41,826 nucleotides of DNA from Minisyncoccota bacterium (GTDB taxonomy: Bacteria > Patescibacteriota > Minisyncoccia > Phycocordibacterales > JACOZG01), in the NCBI GenBank assembly GCA_036517595.1, contig DATDVJ010000037.1, positions 1-41,826 of the forward strand. Direction: 5' to 3'. Made by a program: the position numbers and the translations under genes. How positions within the stretch are numbered: position 1 is the first letter of the stretch; every line of letters begins with the position of its first letter. The notes below the pieces were generated by a model. It worked only from the letters and a program-made list of their open reading frames with translations, ran no database searches and had not been told where the DNA came from. Below, one piece after another: positions 7,605 to 16,953 of the stretch.

Positions 7605-8912
7605 GTGGATACAGCGCATCGAATTAAAAATTTCGCGGCTTTAGCTCGAACACCAGTTCGAGAGGCCGCGCTCAAATTAGTGGAGGTCGCTCTGGCGTCA
7701 ATTGATACGAGGGCCGTGATTCGTCGGGCGGTCGCTTTTATCTCTGGTGGCCTCCGTATCGCCGAAACCACTTTTCCTCTCACTGACAACGGACGAATAT
7801 TTGTTGTTGGGGTTGGTAAATGTTCACTTGAGGCGGCACTCGAGCTCGAGACGATACTCGGCGAGCGGATCACCGCTGGGGTAGTGATTGATGTCCGTTG
7901 TGTTGAAGTGCCGCGGCGAGTACGCTTCTGCCTCGGTGACCATCCTTTCCCATCCGAGAAGAATATCACCGCGACGGGCTCGATCATCGAACTTTTATCG
8001 AAGGCGGATCAAGCTGATTTTATAATTTTCATTATCTCCGGTGGTGGCTCGGCGCTTCTCTGCCAACCCGGTGATCACACTTGTCTTGAGGAAGTGGCGG
8101 TGACTAATACTCTTTTTCACTCCGGCGCGACGATTCACGAAATCAATACCGTGCGGAAGCATTTGTCGCTCGCTCGGGGGGGCTATCTGGCCAAACATGC
8201 TTACCCGGCGCGGGCCGTAGCTCTAATTTTTTCCGATGTGCCCGGGAATGATCTGGGCGTTGTTGCTTCCGGTCCAACGGTCAAAGATATTTCTACCAGC
8301 GAAGAGGCGAAGAAGATAATTATTAAGTACAATGCGACCGGTGAGAGTGAATCAATCATCAAGCACCTGATCGAGACTCCTAAGGAAGACAAATATTTCG
8401 AGCGAGTGACGAATCTTCTTCTTCTGACCAACGAGACGCCGCTTCGAGCAATGGCCGAAGCGGCCGCCGGGCTCGGGTTCACGCCGATCATCAAAAATTC
8501 GGCGGTTACCGGTGAAGCGCGGCTGACCGGTGAAGCGATTGCTCGAGAGCTTCATCTCGCCCCACTCGGGAGTGCCCACTTGTATGGTGGTGAGACCACG
8601 GTGGTGATTCGTGGCGTGGGGCATGGTGGGCGCAATCAAGAATTGGCCCTTGGCGCCTTACCCCAGCTCTCGGCTGGGGAATGCCTGATCTCTTTCGCTT
8701 CGGACGGCGTGGATAACGGCACTTACGCCGGCGCGCTCTGTGATACAATAACTCTTGAACGCGCTCAAACGGTCGGCCTTGATCCTGTTGCTCTACTTGA
8801 TCGAAATGATTCACAGTCTTTTTTCTCAGCCGTCGGTGACTATCTCGATATTGGCTACACCGGGGCCAATGTTTCTGATTTAATAATTGCTTTAAAATCA
8901 AATCATGTCTGA
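7605..8912 (+). CDS. Glycerate 2-kinase / hydroxypyruvate-reductase-like protein (DUF4147 + MOFRL)
   Basis: VVGVGKCSLEAA, IISGGGSALL, TVRKHLSLARGG and the C-terminal ASDGVDNG..GANVSDL fit the MOFRL family. GTG start. Confidence 0.8.
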   Translation: MDTAHRIKNFAALARTPVREAALKLVEVALASIDTRAVIRRAVAFISGGLRIAETTFPLTDNGRIFVVGVGKCSLEAALELETILGERITAGVVIDVRCVEVPRRVRFCLGDHPFPSEKNITATGSIIELLSKADQADFIIFIISGGGSALLCQPGDHTCLEEVAVTNTLFHSGATIHEINTVRKHLSLARGGYLAKHAYPARAVALIFSDVPGNDLGVVASGPTVKDISTSEEAKKIIIKYNATGESESIIKHLIETPKEDKYFERVTNLLLLTNETPLRAMAEAAAGLGFTPIIKNSAVTGEARLTGEAIARELHLAPLGSAHLYGGETTVVIRGVGHGGRNQELALGALPQLSAGECLISFASDGVDNGTYAGALCDTITLERAQTVGLDPVALLDRNDSQSFFSAVGDYLDIGYTGANVSDLIIALKSNHV

Positions 8913-11337
8913 TCGGGCATCAGCTCTAATCCTTCAATTCCGAGAACTAACGATTGACGATATCCCGTTGGTTGGCGGCAAGAACGCGGCTTTAGGCGAG
9001 ATGGTCTCCAACTTTGCGCCGCTTGGAATTGCTGTTCCGGATGGTTTCGCCATCACGGCAACTGCTTATAATCATTTTCTTGACTCGACGGCCTTGCGGC
9101 CGGCGATCGAACGATTACTTAATGGACTTAATACGCGGAAGGTTCGTGATCTGGCGCGTCGTGGGGCGGCGATTCGTCACTTGATTTCGAGTGCCAACTT
9201 GCCCGACGATCTTCGCTCAGCGATTACCGCTGCTTATCATGAGTTAGGTGGCGGTGCGCCAGAAGGAAGCGATGTCGCTGTCCGGTCGTCGGCGACGGCC
9301 GAAGATTTGCCCGATGCTTCCTTTGCTGGCCAACAAGAAACCTATCTTAATATTCGTGGTCTTCCAGCGCTTGAACAAGCGGTTAAAGATTGCTTCGCTT
9401 CACTCTTCACTAATCGAGCGATTTCTTATCGGGTCGACAAGGGCTTCCCGCCCTTCACTATCTCACTTTCGGTTGGCGTTCAGCGGATGGTTCGGAGCGA
9501 TAAGGGGGTAAGTGGGGTGGCTTTCTCCCTCGATACCGAGACCGGTTTTCCCGAAGTGGTGGTGATCAATAGTTCCTATGGTCTTGGCGAGATGGTGGTG
9601 CAAGGCAAGGTGACACCGGATGAGTTCACTGTTTTCAAGCCGACTCTGGCCCTCGGTTTCCAAGCCATCATCGCCCGGAATTTAGGGACGAAGGAGACGA
9701 AAATGATTTATGGTCACGGTCAGAAATCGACTGAAGTGGTGGCGGTGTCGGCGCGCGATCGTGTGGCGTCGAGTCTCACCGACGACGAGATTATCCGTCT
9801 CGCTAGTTGGGTGGTTAAGATTGAGAAATATTTTTCGGAGCGGCGGGGGCGTTATCAACCAATGGATACCGAATGGGCGAAGGATGGATTAAGCGGCGAA
9901 TTATTTATCGTTCAAGCTCGACCAGAAACAATCCATGCACTCGCCGAGAAACACAGTTATCAAGAATATCGTTTGAAAGCGCCACCGCCGGTCGCTCTGG
10001 TGACCGGCGCGGCCGTGGGGTCAAAGATCGGCGCCGGTCGCGTGCGGGTGATCAAGAGTGCCGCGAAGATTGCCGAGTTTAAGGAAGGGGAAGTTCTGGT
10101 GACCAAAATCACTGATCCCGATTGGGAACCGATCATGAAGATTGCTTCGGCGATTATCACCGATCAGGGCGGTCGGACGAGCCATGCGGCAATTGTCTCG
10201 CGCGAGCTGGGAATCACTTGTATTGTCGGTACTGGCGACGCGACCAAAGTTCTTAAGACCGGAATGGCGGTAACTGTTGATTGTTCGGCGGGTCGGACTG
10301 GGCGAATCTATCCGGGCATTCTCGATTTTGAAAAAATTGAACACCGTCTCGATCAAGTGCCAGAGACGCGAACGAAAGTGATGGTCAATATTGGTTCACC
10401 GGACGAGGCCTTTAGCCAATACCGCTTGCCGGTCGCTGGCATTGGGCTTGGTCGGATCGAGTTTATTATCACCGAGCACATCAGAATTCACCCACAAGCA
10501 TTGATTGATTTCGATACCCGGCCGGCCGTCACACGCAAGGATGTCGCTCGACGGAAGCTCTATGCCCAGATTAAAGCGTTAACGCCCGGGTATAAAGATA
10601 AGCGGACCTTCTATGTTGACGAGCTGGCCGAAGGGGTGGCCAAGATCGCGGCGATAGTCTATCCCCAGCCGGCAATCATTCGTTTCTCTGATTTCAAAAC
10701 CAATGAATATCGCACCTTGATTGGTGGTGAGCAATATGAACCAGTGGAAGAGAATCCGATGATCGGCTGGCGCGGGGCATCACGCTATTATCATGATAAC
10801 TTCCGCGCCGCTTTCGCGCTCGAGTGTGCGGCGATTAAGAAGGCGCGCACGGCGATGGGGCTCACTAATATCATTCCAATGATTCCCTTTTGTCGGACCC
10901 CGGAAGAGGGGAGAAAAGTGCTTGATCTGATGGTCACTTTTGGCCTTGATCGGGTTGCTGATTCTAGCTTAAAAATTTATATGATGTGCGAGATTCCTGC
11001 CAATATTATTCTCGCTGACGATTTCCTCAATCTTTTCGATGGTTTCTCGATCGGTTCAAATGATTTGGCCCAATTAACTCTTGGTCTTGATCGTGACTCG
11101 GGGATTGTCAATAAGATTGCCGATGAGAATAATACCGCCGTTAAGCGTCTCATTGAGATGGCTATCGAGAAAGCGAAGGCTCACAATAAATACATTGGTA
11201 TCTGTGGCCAGGCGCCGTCGGACTTCCCAGACTTCGCTGCTTTCTTGGTGGCGAAGGGGATTGATAGCATTTCTCTCAATCCCGATACGGTGATCGCGAC
11301 AACCCTGGCGATTGCCGAACAGGAGAAAAAAATATGA
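8905..11337 (+). CDS. ppsA: Phosphoenolpyruvate synthase (pyruvate, water dikinase)
   Basis: 810 aa with the N-terminal LVGGKNAALGEM ATP-grasp region, the phosphohistidine motif GGRTSHAAIVSRELGI, and a C-terminal PEP-utilising TIM barrel. Confidence 0.92.
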   Translation: MSDRASALILQFRELTIDDIPLVGGKNAALGEMVSNFAPLGIAVPDGFAITATAYNHFLDSTALRPAIERLLNGLNTRKVRDLARRGAAIRHLISSANLPDDLRSAITAAYHELGGGAPEGSDVAVRSSATAEDLPDASFAGQQETYLNIRGLPALEQAVKDCFASLFTNRAISYRVDKGFPPFTISLSVGVQRMVRSDKGVSGVAFSLDTETGFPEVVVINSSYGLGEMVVQGKVTPDEFTVFKPTLALGFQAIIARNLGTKETKMIYGHGQKSTEVVAVSARDRVASSLTDDEIIRLASWVVKIEKYFSERRGRYQPMDTEWAKDGLSGELFIVQARPETIHALAEKHSYQEYRLKAPPPVALVTGAAVGSKIGAGRVRVIKSAAKIAEFKEGEVLVTKITDPDWEPIMKIASAIITDQGGRTSHAAIVSRELGITCIVGTGDATKVLKTGMAVTVDCSAGRTGRIYPGILDFEKIEHRLDQVPETRTKVMVNIGSPDEAFSQYRLPVAGIGLGRIEFIITEHIRIHPQALIDFDTRPAVTRKDVARRKLYAQIKALTPGYKDKRTFYVDELAEGVAKIAAIVYPQPAIIRFSDFKTNEYRTLIGGEQYEPVEENPMIGWRGASRYYHDNFRAAFALECAAIKKARTAMGLTNIIPMIPFCRTPEEGRKVLDLMVTFGLDRVADSSLKIYMMCEIPANIILADDFLNLFDGFSIGSNDLAQLTLGLDRDSGIVNKIADENNTAVKRLIEMAIEKAKAHNKYIGICGQAPSDFPDFAAFLVAKGIDSISLNPDTVIATTLAIAEQEKKI

Positions 11338-12344
11338 CCAAGGTCGCTGTTTTCGGTTACGAATCATGGGAGCGCGAGTATCTGGCCGAGCACACGCCGG
11401 CGGGGGCCGAGTTAATCTTTTTCGACCAATCACTCACTCCTGACAAATTGGTTCTCGACGCTGATTTTGAAATTTTGGTCGTGTTTGTCGGCTCACAGAT
11501 CGACGAAGTGGTGTTGGCGAACTTTCCTAAAGTGCGGGCGATTATCACTCGCTCGACGGGTTATGATCATATTGATTTGGCCAGTTGTCGCACACGGGGG
11601 ATCACTGTTTCGAATGTACCCGGCTACGGTGAGGCGACGGTGGCTGAATACACTTTTGCTCTTCTCCTCTCGCTCTCGCGGAAGATTTATCTGGGCTATC
11701 ATCAAGTGAGAGAGTCGGGTAGTTTCAGTGTGACCAACTTGCGCGGTTTTGACCTTGAGGGAAAGACGATCGGAGTGGTGGGAACAGGACGGATCGGTCG
11801 GCATGTCGCGCGCCTCGCGCGCGGTTTCGGGTTGAAAATAATTGCTCATGATACTCACCCCGACGAAGAGTTTGCGAAATCATTTGGTCTCACTTATCGT
11901 TCGCTCCCCGAGCTTCTGGGAGAAAGTGATATCATCACTCTTCATGTGCCGGCTTTGCCCGAGACGGAACACTTGTTAAACGCGGTTACTTTTTCCCAAA
12001 TGAAGCGCGGAGCAGTACTCATCAATACCAGCCGGGGGAGCATTATTGATACCCAGGCTTTAGTGTTGGCGTTACGGTCGGGGCAAGTGGCCGGCGCGGC
12101 TCTCGATGTGCTTGAAGAAGAGGGGGTGGTTCGCGATGAGTTGGATTTCTTAGTCAGTGGTCATCCTGGAGAACATAATTTAAAAACCGTGTTGGCTAAT
12201 CATGTTCTGATTGATTTGCCGAATGTGATTGTGACACCACATAACGCTTTCAATACTGTCGAAGCGCTCCGACGGATTCTCGACACGACCCTTGAGAATC
12301 TCCGTGGTGTTATTGATGGTAAGCCCATTAATGTAATTCCATGA
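11334..12344 (+). CDS. D-isomer-specific 2-hydroxyacid dehydrogenase (glycerate/lactate dehydrogenase type)
   Basis: NAD-binding GVVGTGRIGRHVA, the catalytic region INTSRG...LDV..EE, and the C-terminal VTPHNAF. Confidence 0.85.
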   Translation: MTKVAVFGYESWEREYLAEHTPAGAELIFFDQSLTPDKLVLDADFEILVVFVGSQIDEVVLANFPKVRAIITRSTGYDHIDLASCRTRGITVSNVPGYGEATVAEYTFALLLSLSRKIYLGYHQVRESGSFSVTNLRGFDLEGKTIGVVGTGRIGRHVARLARGFGLKIIAHDTHPDEEFAKSFGLTYRSLPELLGESDIITLHVPALPETEHLLNAVTFSQMKRGAVLINTSRGSIIDTQALVLALRSGQVAGAALDVLEEEGVVRDELDFLVSGHPGEHNLKTVLANHVLIDLPNVIVTPHNAFNTVEALRRILDTTLENLRGVIDGKPINVIP

Positions 12345-13516
12345 TCGAACAACTAACCGCTCGTTCGATTCTCGATTCGCGGGGCGAGTGGACAATTGAA
12401 GTCGCGCTGACGGCGCTTGGTCACCGGGCCGTGGCTTCCGTGCCTCAAGGCGAGAGCCGGGGTGAGCATGAAGCAGTGGCGGTGCTAGCGGAGACGGCGG
12501 TTGAGAATGTAATTGAAATTATTGCTCCGGTCGTGCGTGGACTGGAACTCGGCAAACAAATTGAATTCGACGAGAAGATAAGAAGTTTGGACGGCACGAC
12601 TAATAAATCTCACCTTGGCGGGAATGCTCTGCTTGCCACTTCAATCGTGTATGCTCGTCTCTCAGCGTTGGTGATGGGAGTGCCCCTCTGGCGATATTTG
12701 CGTCAACTTTCTCAGCTTGAGGGTAAGCCCACTCGACCCCCGCGGCTTCTGTCACTGATGATCGAGGGCGGTCTTCATGCCGACGGTGGATCGCCGTTCC
12801 AAGAATATCTGGTTTTACCTAAAGTGGAGACAATTGCTGAAGCGGTGGCGACGGTGACGAAACTCTACGGCACTGTACGAGAGATTGTGAGGGAGCGTTT
12901 TGGTCCAACTGCTACTCATTTAGGTGATGAGGGCGCCTTTGCTTTACCGCTCACTAATCCTCTTACTCCCTTTGCTCTAATAATGGAAGCGATCGAGGAT
13001 GCCGGATTAGTTGGCAAGTTCGATGTCGGTCTCGATGTTGCGGCTGATAATGTGAGTTTAAGCCCCGAAGAATTAATTGTTCTTTACGATCAGATGCGAG
13101 CTGATTATTCGGTTTGTTATCTCGAAGATCCATTTAATGAGAATGATTTGGATCACTTCGCGGCGCTCTTAATCAAGTGGGAAGGGGGGGTGGCGATTGT
13201 TGGCGACGATTTGACCGTCACCAATGTTGGACGAATGGAATTAGCCAAAGTGAAAAAAAGTATCAACGCGATGATCGTGAAGCCGAATCAAATTGGAACA
13301 GTGAGTGAGACGCTGGAAGCTGTTGCCCGAGCGCGCGAGTATGGGTGGAAGATTTTCGTTTCTCATCGTGGACGGGAGACCAACGATGATTTCATCGCCG
13401 ACCTCGCTTGGGGAGTGGGCGCGGATGGGATCAAGCTCGGCGCTCCCGCGCGTGGTGAGCGCGTAGCGAAGTATAATCGTTTGCTGGAGATTGAGACAAG
13501 GGAGAATACAGATTAG
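12341..13516 (+). CDS. eno: Enolase (compact, 391 aa)
   Basis: ILDSRGEWTIEV, DVGLDVAADN, YLEDPFNEND, IVGDDLTVTN, IVKPNQIGTVSET, SHRGRETNDDFIADLAWG, IKLGAPARGERVAKYNRLLEIE. The metal and catalytic residue contexts are present, but SHRSGETED is replaced by SHRGRETNDD. Confidence 0.9.
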   Translation: MIEQLTARSILDSRGEWTIEVALTALGHRAVASVPQGESRGEHEAVAVLAETAVENVIEIIAPVVRGLELGKQIEFDEKIRSLDGTTNKSHLGGNALLATSIVYARLSALVMGVPLWRYLRQLSQLEGKPTRPPRLLSLMIEGGLHADGGSPFQEYLVLPKVETIAEAVATVTKLYGTVREIVRERFGPTATHLGDEGAFALPLTNPLTPFALIMEAIEDAGLVGKFDVGLDVAADNVSLSPEELIVLYDQMRADYSVCYLEDPFNENDLDHFAALLIKWEGGVAIVGDDLTVTNVGRMELAKVKKSINAMIVKPNQIGTVSETLEAVARAREYGWKIFVSHRGRETNDDFIADLAWGVGADGIKLGAPARGERVAKYNRLLEIETRENTD

Positions 13517-13545
13517 CGTTGACGGTTTTGGAGGTGGATAAAAAA

Positions 13546-13564
13546 GCCAGCGCGAAGCGCTGGC
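13546..13564. terminator. Bidirectional intrinsic terminator between convergent genes
   Basis: GCCAGCGC-gaa-GCGCTGGC, with an A run on the left (a T run on the minus strand) and GATTT on the right. Confidence 0.6.
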
Positions 13565-13579
13565 GATTTGGGGTCGTGA

Positions 13580-13888
13580 TCATCTTTGTTTAGCAAGACG
13601 CCCTTGTTCTCGGAGCTGTTCAGTGATCCACTTTTCTACTTCACCGACAGTTTGGAGTTTTGGGGCGACCTCGTCGGAGATAGAAACATCGAAGCAGTCA
13701 TCGAGCTCCATGATCAATTCAACAGAATCTAGAGAATCAAGGTTGAGTCCTTCAGGCCCGAGTTGGGTCTCGGGTTTGATATCCGCGCTGATGATGTTAC
13801 ATGCTTGTTCGGCTACGATGTTTGTGATCCAGCTCCAAACTTCATCAGGTTTCCAGAATTCCGGTTTCGGGTACGCTTTTTTGCCCAT
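13580..13888 (-). CDS. Acyl carrier protein-like (phosphopantetheine-attachment) protein
   Basis: [27 protein letters not shown] carries the DSLD serine attachment motif in a four-helix ACP-like layout, with a ~25-aa N-terminal extension. Confidence 0.7.
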   Translation of the reverse strand: MGKKAYPKPEFWKPDEVWSWITNIVAEQACNIISADIKPETQLGPEGLNLDSLDSVELIMELDDCFDVSISDEVAPKLQTVGEVEKWITEQLREQGRLAKQR

Positions 13889-13976
13889 TTATTGTCTCCT
13901 TTGTTAAACCAAAAAGATCAGGTTCTACAGACACTAGTTTGAAACTAGCATGATTGTGTCTGTCCGGTCAATTTTT

Positions 13977-14386
13977 TGGAGATGGCGGGAATCGAACCCG
14001 CGTGCAAGGAGGATTAGGTTGTGCGTCTACGCGCGTAGCCGGCTTCGAGCACCGGTTGCCCCGATGCGTCTTGGTGAATAATGTCGAGAGCCGACGAAAT
14101 TATTATTCACCACAGTCTCATTATTTCAACCAATCGCCGAGACACGCGACGGCCTATTCCGAAAGATTATTACACCCGTTACTCCCTAACAGAATTCAAG
14201 AGCACGGACGCCAGCTTGGGGTCGCCGTTAGGCGAGAGCGAAAGCTGGAGCGAAAGCGCCCGCGAAGGACGCTTTCGCCTTAGAGAATAAGTTGGCACTT
14301 ATTCAGGTGCTAAAAGTTTAGCGAGGTTTTAGCAAACTCGGCGCGCACAGTGACCGCATCACTCCATGTCTATGCCGATCATCCCC
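13977..14386 (-). ncRNA. ssrA: tmRNA (SsrA)
   Basis: On the minus strand, the 5' GGGGATGATCGGCATAGAC pairs with the 3' ..GCGGGTTCGATTCCCGCCATCTCCA. Acceptor stem GGGGATG/CATCTCC contains the G3:U pair. T-arm GGGTTCGATTCCC. Tag ORF at 14228..14278: GCG AAA GCG TCC TTC GCG GGC GCT TTC GCT CCA GCT TTC GCT CTC GCC TAA = AKASFAGAFAPAFALA*. CCA is not encoded. smpB is adjacent. Confidence 0.9.
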
Positions 14387-14426
14387 GTAAGTAGCTATTA
14401 GCTTTTAGGTATTAGCTTCTAGCTTT

Positions 14427-14882
14427 TTAGAATTCAGTTTTCAAAGTTCTCCTAATCTCTCGATCAATCTCGCGGCGCTTGAGGTGTTCGCGTTTATCAT
14501 GACCTTTCCGTCCGCGCGCGACCCCGATCGCGAGCTTGATGGAGCGACCTTTACTGTACACCCTAAGAGGGATAATTGTCAATCCTTTCTTTGCTTCGAT
14601 GCCGGCGAGAGTGGTAATTTCAGATTTCGTGAGCAAGAGTTTACGCCAGCGCATGGGGTCATAACCCGCGGCGAGATTGGCCGGTTGATAAGGCGAGATG
14701 GTGGCACCCGAGAGGAAGGTTTCACCGCCGCGGACGATCACGAAGCTACCGGCGATATTCATTCGACCAGATTTAATCGCTTTCACTTCATGACCCGCAA
14801 GCTCGAGGCCGGCCTCGAGCGTTTCCATAATCTCGTAACGGAAGCGTGCCTGACGGTTTTCGGCAAAGGTTGGCATAATCAA
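14427..14882 (-). CDS. smpB: SsrA-binding protein
   Basis: FAENRQARFRYEI..LELAGHEVKAIK..RKLLL..E; 151 aa, next to ssrA. Confidence 0.95.
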   Translation of the reverse strand: MIMPTFAENRQARFRYEIMETLEAGLELAGHEVKAIKSGRMNIAGSFVIVRGGETFLSGATISPYQPANLAAGYDPMRWRKLLLTKSEITTLAGIEAKKGLTIIPLRVYSKGRSIKLAIGVARGRKGHDKREHLKRREIDREIRRTLKTEF

Positions 14883-14918
14883 TTCTATCTTGTATAATCA
14901 GGCGATTCAAGTTTATTT

Positions 14919-16865
14919 ATGTCCAAGAAACGTCAACCGGTAGGTGGCAATCCAGTCGGCGGGCCAGTAAATCGCCAAGATATTTGGAAGCAATTTAGTC
15001 GGCAGATTGTCGGTGCTTTGTTGATCCTCCTCGCGCTGATCGGAGTCTATACCGTCTCCACCGAGAGTGATCGAGCGATCCCCGAGGTCTCACTCTCTCA
15101 ATTGGCGGAAGATATTATTCTGGAGAAGGTCGAGACGATCAAGGTTCAAGGCGACCAACTGGAGATTATTTATCAAGGCGGCGAAGTGAAGCGTTCACAG
15201 AAGGAAGTCGAAGCTTCACTCATTCAGACTCTCACTGTCTATGGCGTGTCGCCTGCAGTTTTAAGTCGAGTAGATGTGGCGATTGAATCACCAAGTGGTT
15301 TCGGCTTCTGGCTCGCTAATTTGTTACCGATTCTCCTGCCGGTTTTTTTCGTCATCTTCATTTTTTGGATGATCTCGCGGCAGGTGCGCGGGGCTTCGAT
15401 GCAGGCTTTCACCTTCGGTCAATCTCGGGCGCGGATTATTGATCCGGCCGACACTAAACAACGCATCACCTTCAAGGATGTGGCTGGCGTTCGCGAAGCC
15501 AAGGAAGAGCTGTTGGAGATTGTTGATTTCTTGAAGAGCCCGAAGAAATTTCTCGACATTGGGGCGAAAATCCCCAAGGGAGTGCTCCTCATGGGGCCAC
15601 CCGGAACGGGGAAGACTTTGCTCGCCCGCGCAGTGGCTGGTGAAGCGGCGGTGCCCTTCTTCCATCTTTCGGGGTCGGAGTTCGTGGAGATGTTTGTCGG
15701 TGTTGGCGCGTCGCGCGTGCGCGATCTTTTCAAATTAGCCAAAAAGGCGGCGCCGGCCATTGTCTTTATTGATGAGATTGACGCTATTGGCCGCCATCGT
15801 GGTTCGGGTCTTGGTGGCGGTAATGATGAACGTGAGCAAACCCTCAACCAAATTCTTGTCGAGATGGATGGCTTCGAACCGACTGAGAAATTGATCGTGA
15901 TGGCGGCGACGAATCGGCCGGATGTGCTCGATCCAGCCTTGCTCCGACCCGGGCGCTTCGATCGGCGAATAGTGCTCGATAAGCCCGATCTTCGTGATCG
16001 CGAGGAGATTCTTCAGATCTATGCCCGAGAGAAACCCTTTGCTGAAGATGTTAATTTGCGCACAATTGCCGAGCGCACCCCCGGTTTCTCCGGCGCCGAT
16101 CTCGCCAACATTATGAATGAGGGGGCGATTCTCGCCGCGCGGGAGAATCGGAAGCGCGTGAGCCAATACGATCTCATTCGTTCGGTCGAGAAAGTGATGC
16201 TTGGCCCCGAGCGCCGCAGCCACATTCTCTCCGATAAAGAGAAACGAATCACGGCTTATCACGAGATTGGTCACGCGCTGATTGCCTCAGTTTTACCCCA
16301 TGCCGATCCAGTGCACAAGGTCTCGATTATCTCGCGTGGTCACGCCGCTGGTTATACGCTCAAACTCCCCCTCGAAGATCGGAAATTGGAGTCGCGCAAG
16401 GAATTCCTCGATGACATTGCTGTCTCGCTTGGCGGTTACGCCGCCGAGATGCTGATCTTTGGTGATATCACCACTGGCGCCTCCAACGATATTGGTGTCG
16501 CGACGGCCGTTGCCCGCAACATGGTGACGAAGTACGGGATGAGTGATAAGTTAGGTCCGATCGCGTTCGACGGCGCCACCCAGCGGCTCTGGAGCGGTTA
16601 CGGCACGGTCTCGGAGAAGTATTCATCGGAAGAAGTCTCGGCGGCGATTGATCGGGAAGTGTCGGAGATTATGCGCGCCGCGCTCGAGCGAGCGCGGGTA
16701 GCGCTCACCGAACATCGCGCCGCCCTCGATGGTCTCTCGGCCGAGCTGATTAAAGTGGAGACGCTCGAGCGCGCGGATTTCGAGAAGCTTCTCATTCTCC
16801 ACGGTATCAAGCCGAAGGCGAGAGAGGATAAAGTTGTCCCACCGCCAGTCATCTCGGGCGCGTAG
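14919..16865 (+). CDS. ftsH: ATP-dependent zinc metalloprotease FtsH
   Basis: Two N-terminal TM helices, AAA+ Walker [19 protein letters not shown], Walker [13 protein letters not shown], and the zinc motif HEIGHAL. Confidence 0.97.
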   Translation: MSKKRQPVGGNPVGGPVNRQDIWKQFSRQIVGALLILLALIGVYTVSTESDRAIPEVSLSQLAEDIILEKVETIKVQGDQLEIIYQGGEVKRSQKEVEASLIQTLTVYGVSPAVLSRVDVAIESPSGFGFWLANLLPILLPVFFVIFIFWMISRQVRGASMQAFTFGQSRARIIDPADTKQRITFKDVAGVREAKEELLEIVDFLKSPKKFLDIGAKIPKGVLLMGPPGTGKTLLARAVAGEAAVPFFHLSGSEFVEMFVGVGASRVRDLFKLAKKAAPAIVFIDEIDAIGRHRGSGLGGGNDEREQTLNQILVEMDGFEPTEKLIVMAATNRPDVLDPALLRPGRFDRRIVLDKPDLRDREEILQIYAREKPFAEDVNLRTIAERTPGFSGADLANIMNEGAILAARENRKRVSQYDLIRSVEKVMLGPERRSHILSDKEKRITAYHEIGHALIASVLPHADPVHKVSIISRGHAAGYTLKLPLEDRKLESRKEFLDDIAVSLGGYAAEMLIFGDITTGASNDIGVATAVARNMVTKYGMSDKLGPIAFDGATQRLWSGYGTVSEKYSSEEVSAAIDREVSEIMRAALERARVALTEHRAALDGLSAELIKVETLERADFEKLLILHGIKPKAREDKVVPPPVISGA

Positions 16866-16929
16866 CTCAATCGGTTAGAGCACCGAGCTTATACCTCGGC
16901 GGTTCTTGGTTCGAGTCCAAGCGCGCCCA
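16856..16929 (+). tRNA. tRNA-Ile, anticodon UAU
   Basis: Manual cloverleaf: acceptor GGGCGCG/CGCGCCC, D stem GCTC/GAGC, anticodon stem CCGAG/CTCGG with loop C-T-TAT-A-C, variable loop CGGTT, T arm CTTGG-TTCGAGT-CCAAG, discriminator A, no encoded CCA. The first 10 nt overlap the end of ftsH; stop TAG at 16863-16865. Confidence 0.85.
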
Positions 16930-16953
16930 GCTGAATTACGGTATGATTGAGCC

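Noticed and set aside
8905-11337. Alternative genetic code (UGA recoding), as seen in some candidate phyla.
   Set aside because: TGA ends conserved genes at their expected lengths. Examples are the glycerate kinase at 8910-8912 and ppsA at 11335-11337, with ATGA overlap to the next gene.
13954-14290. Plus-strand ORFs 13954..14283 and 14081..14290.
   Set aside because: They overlap the minus-strand tmRNA gene. The open frames are a by-product of the structured RNA.
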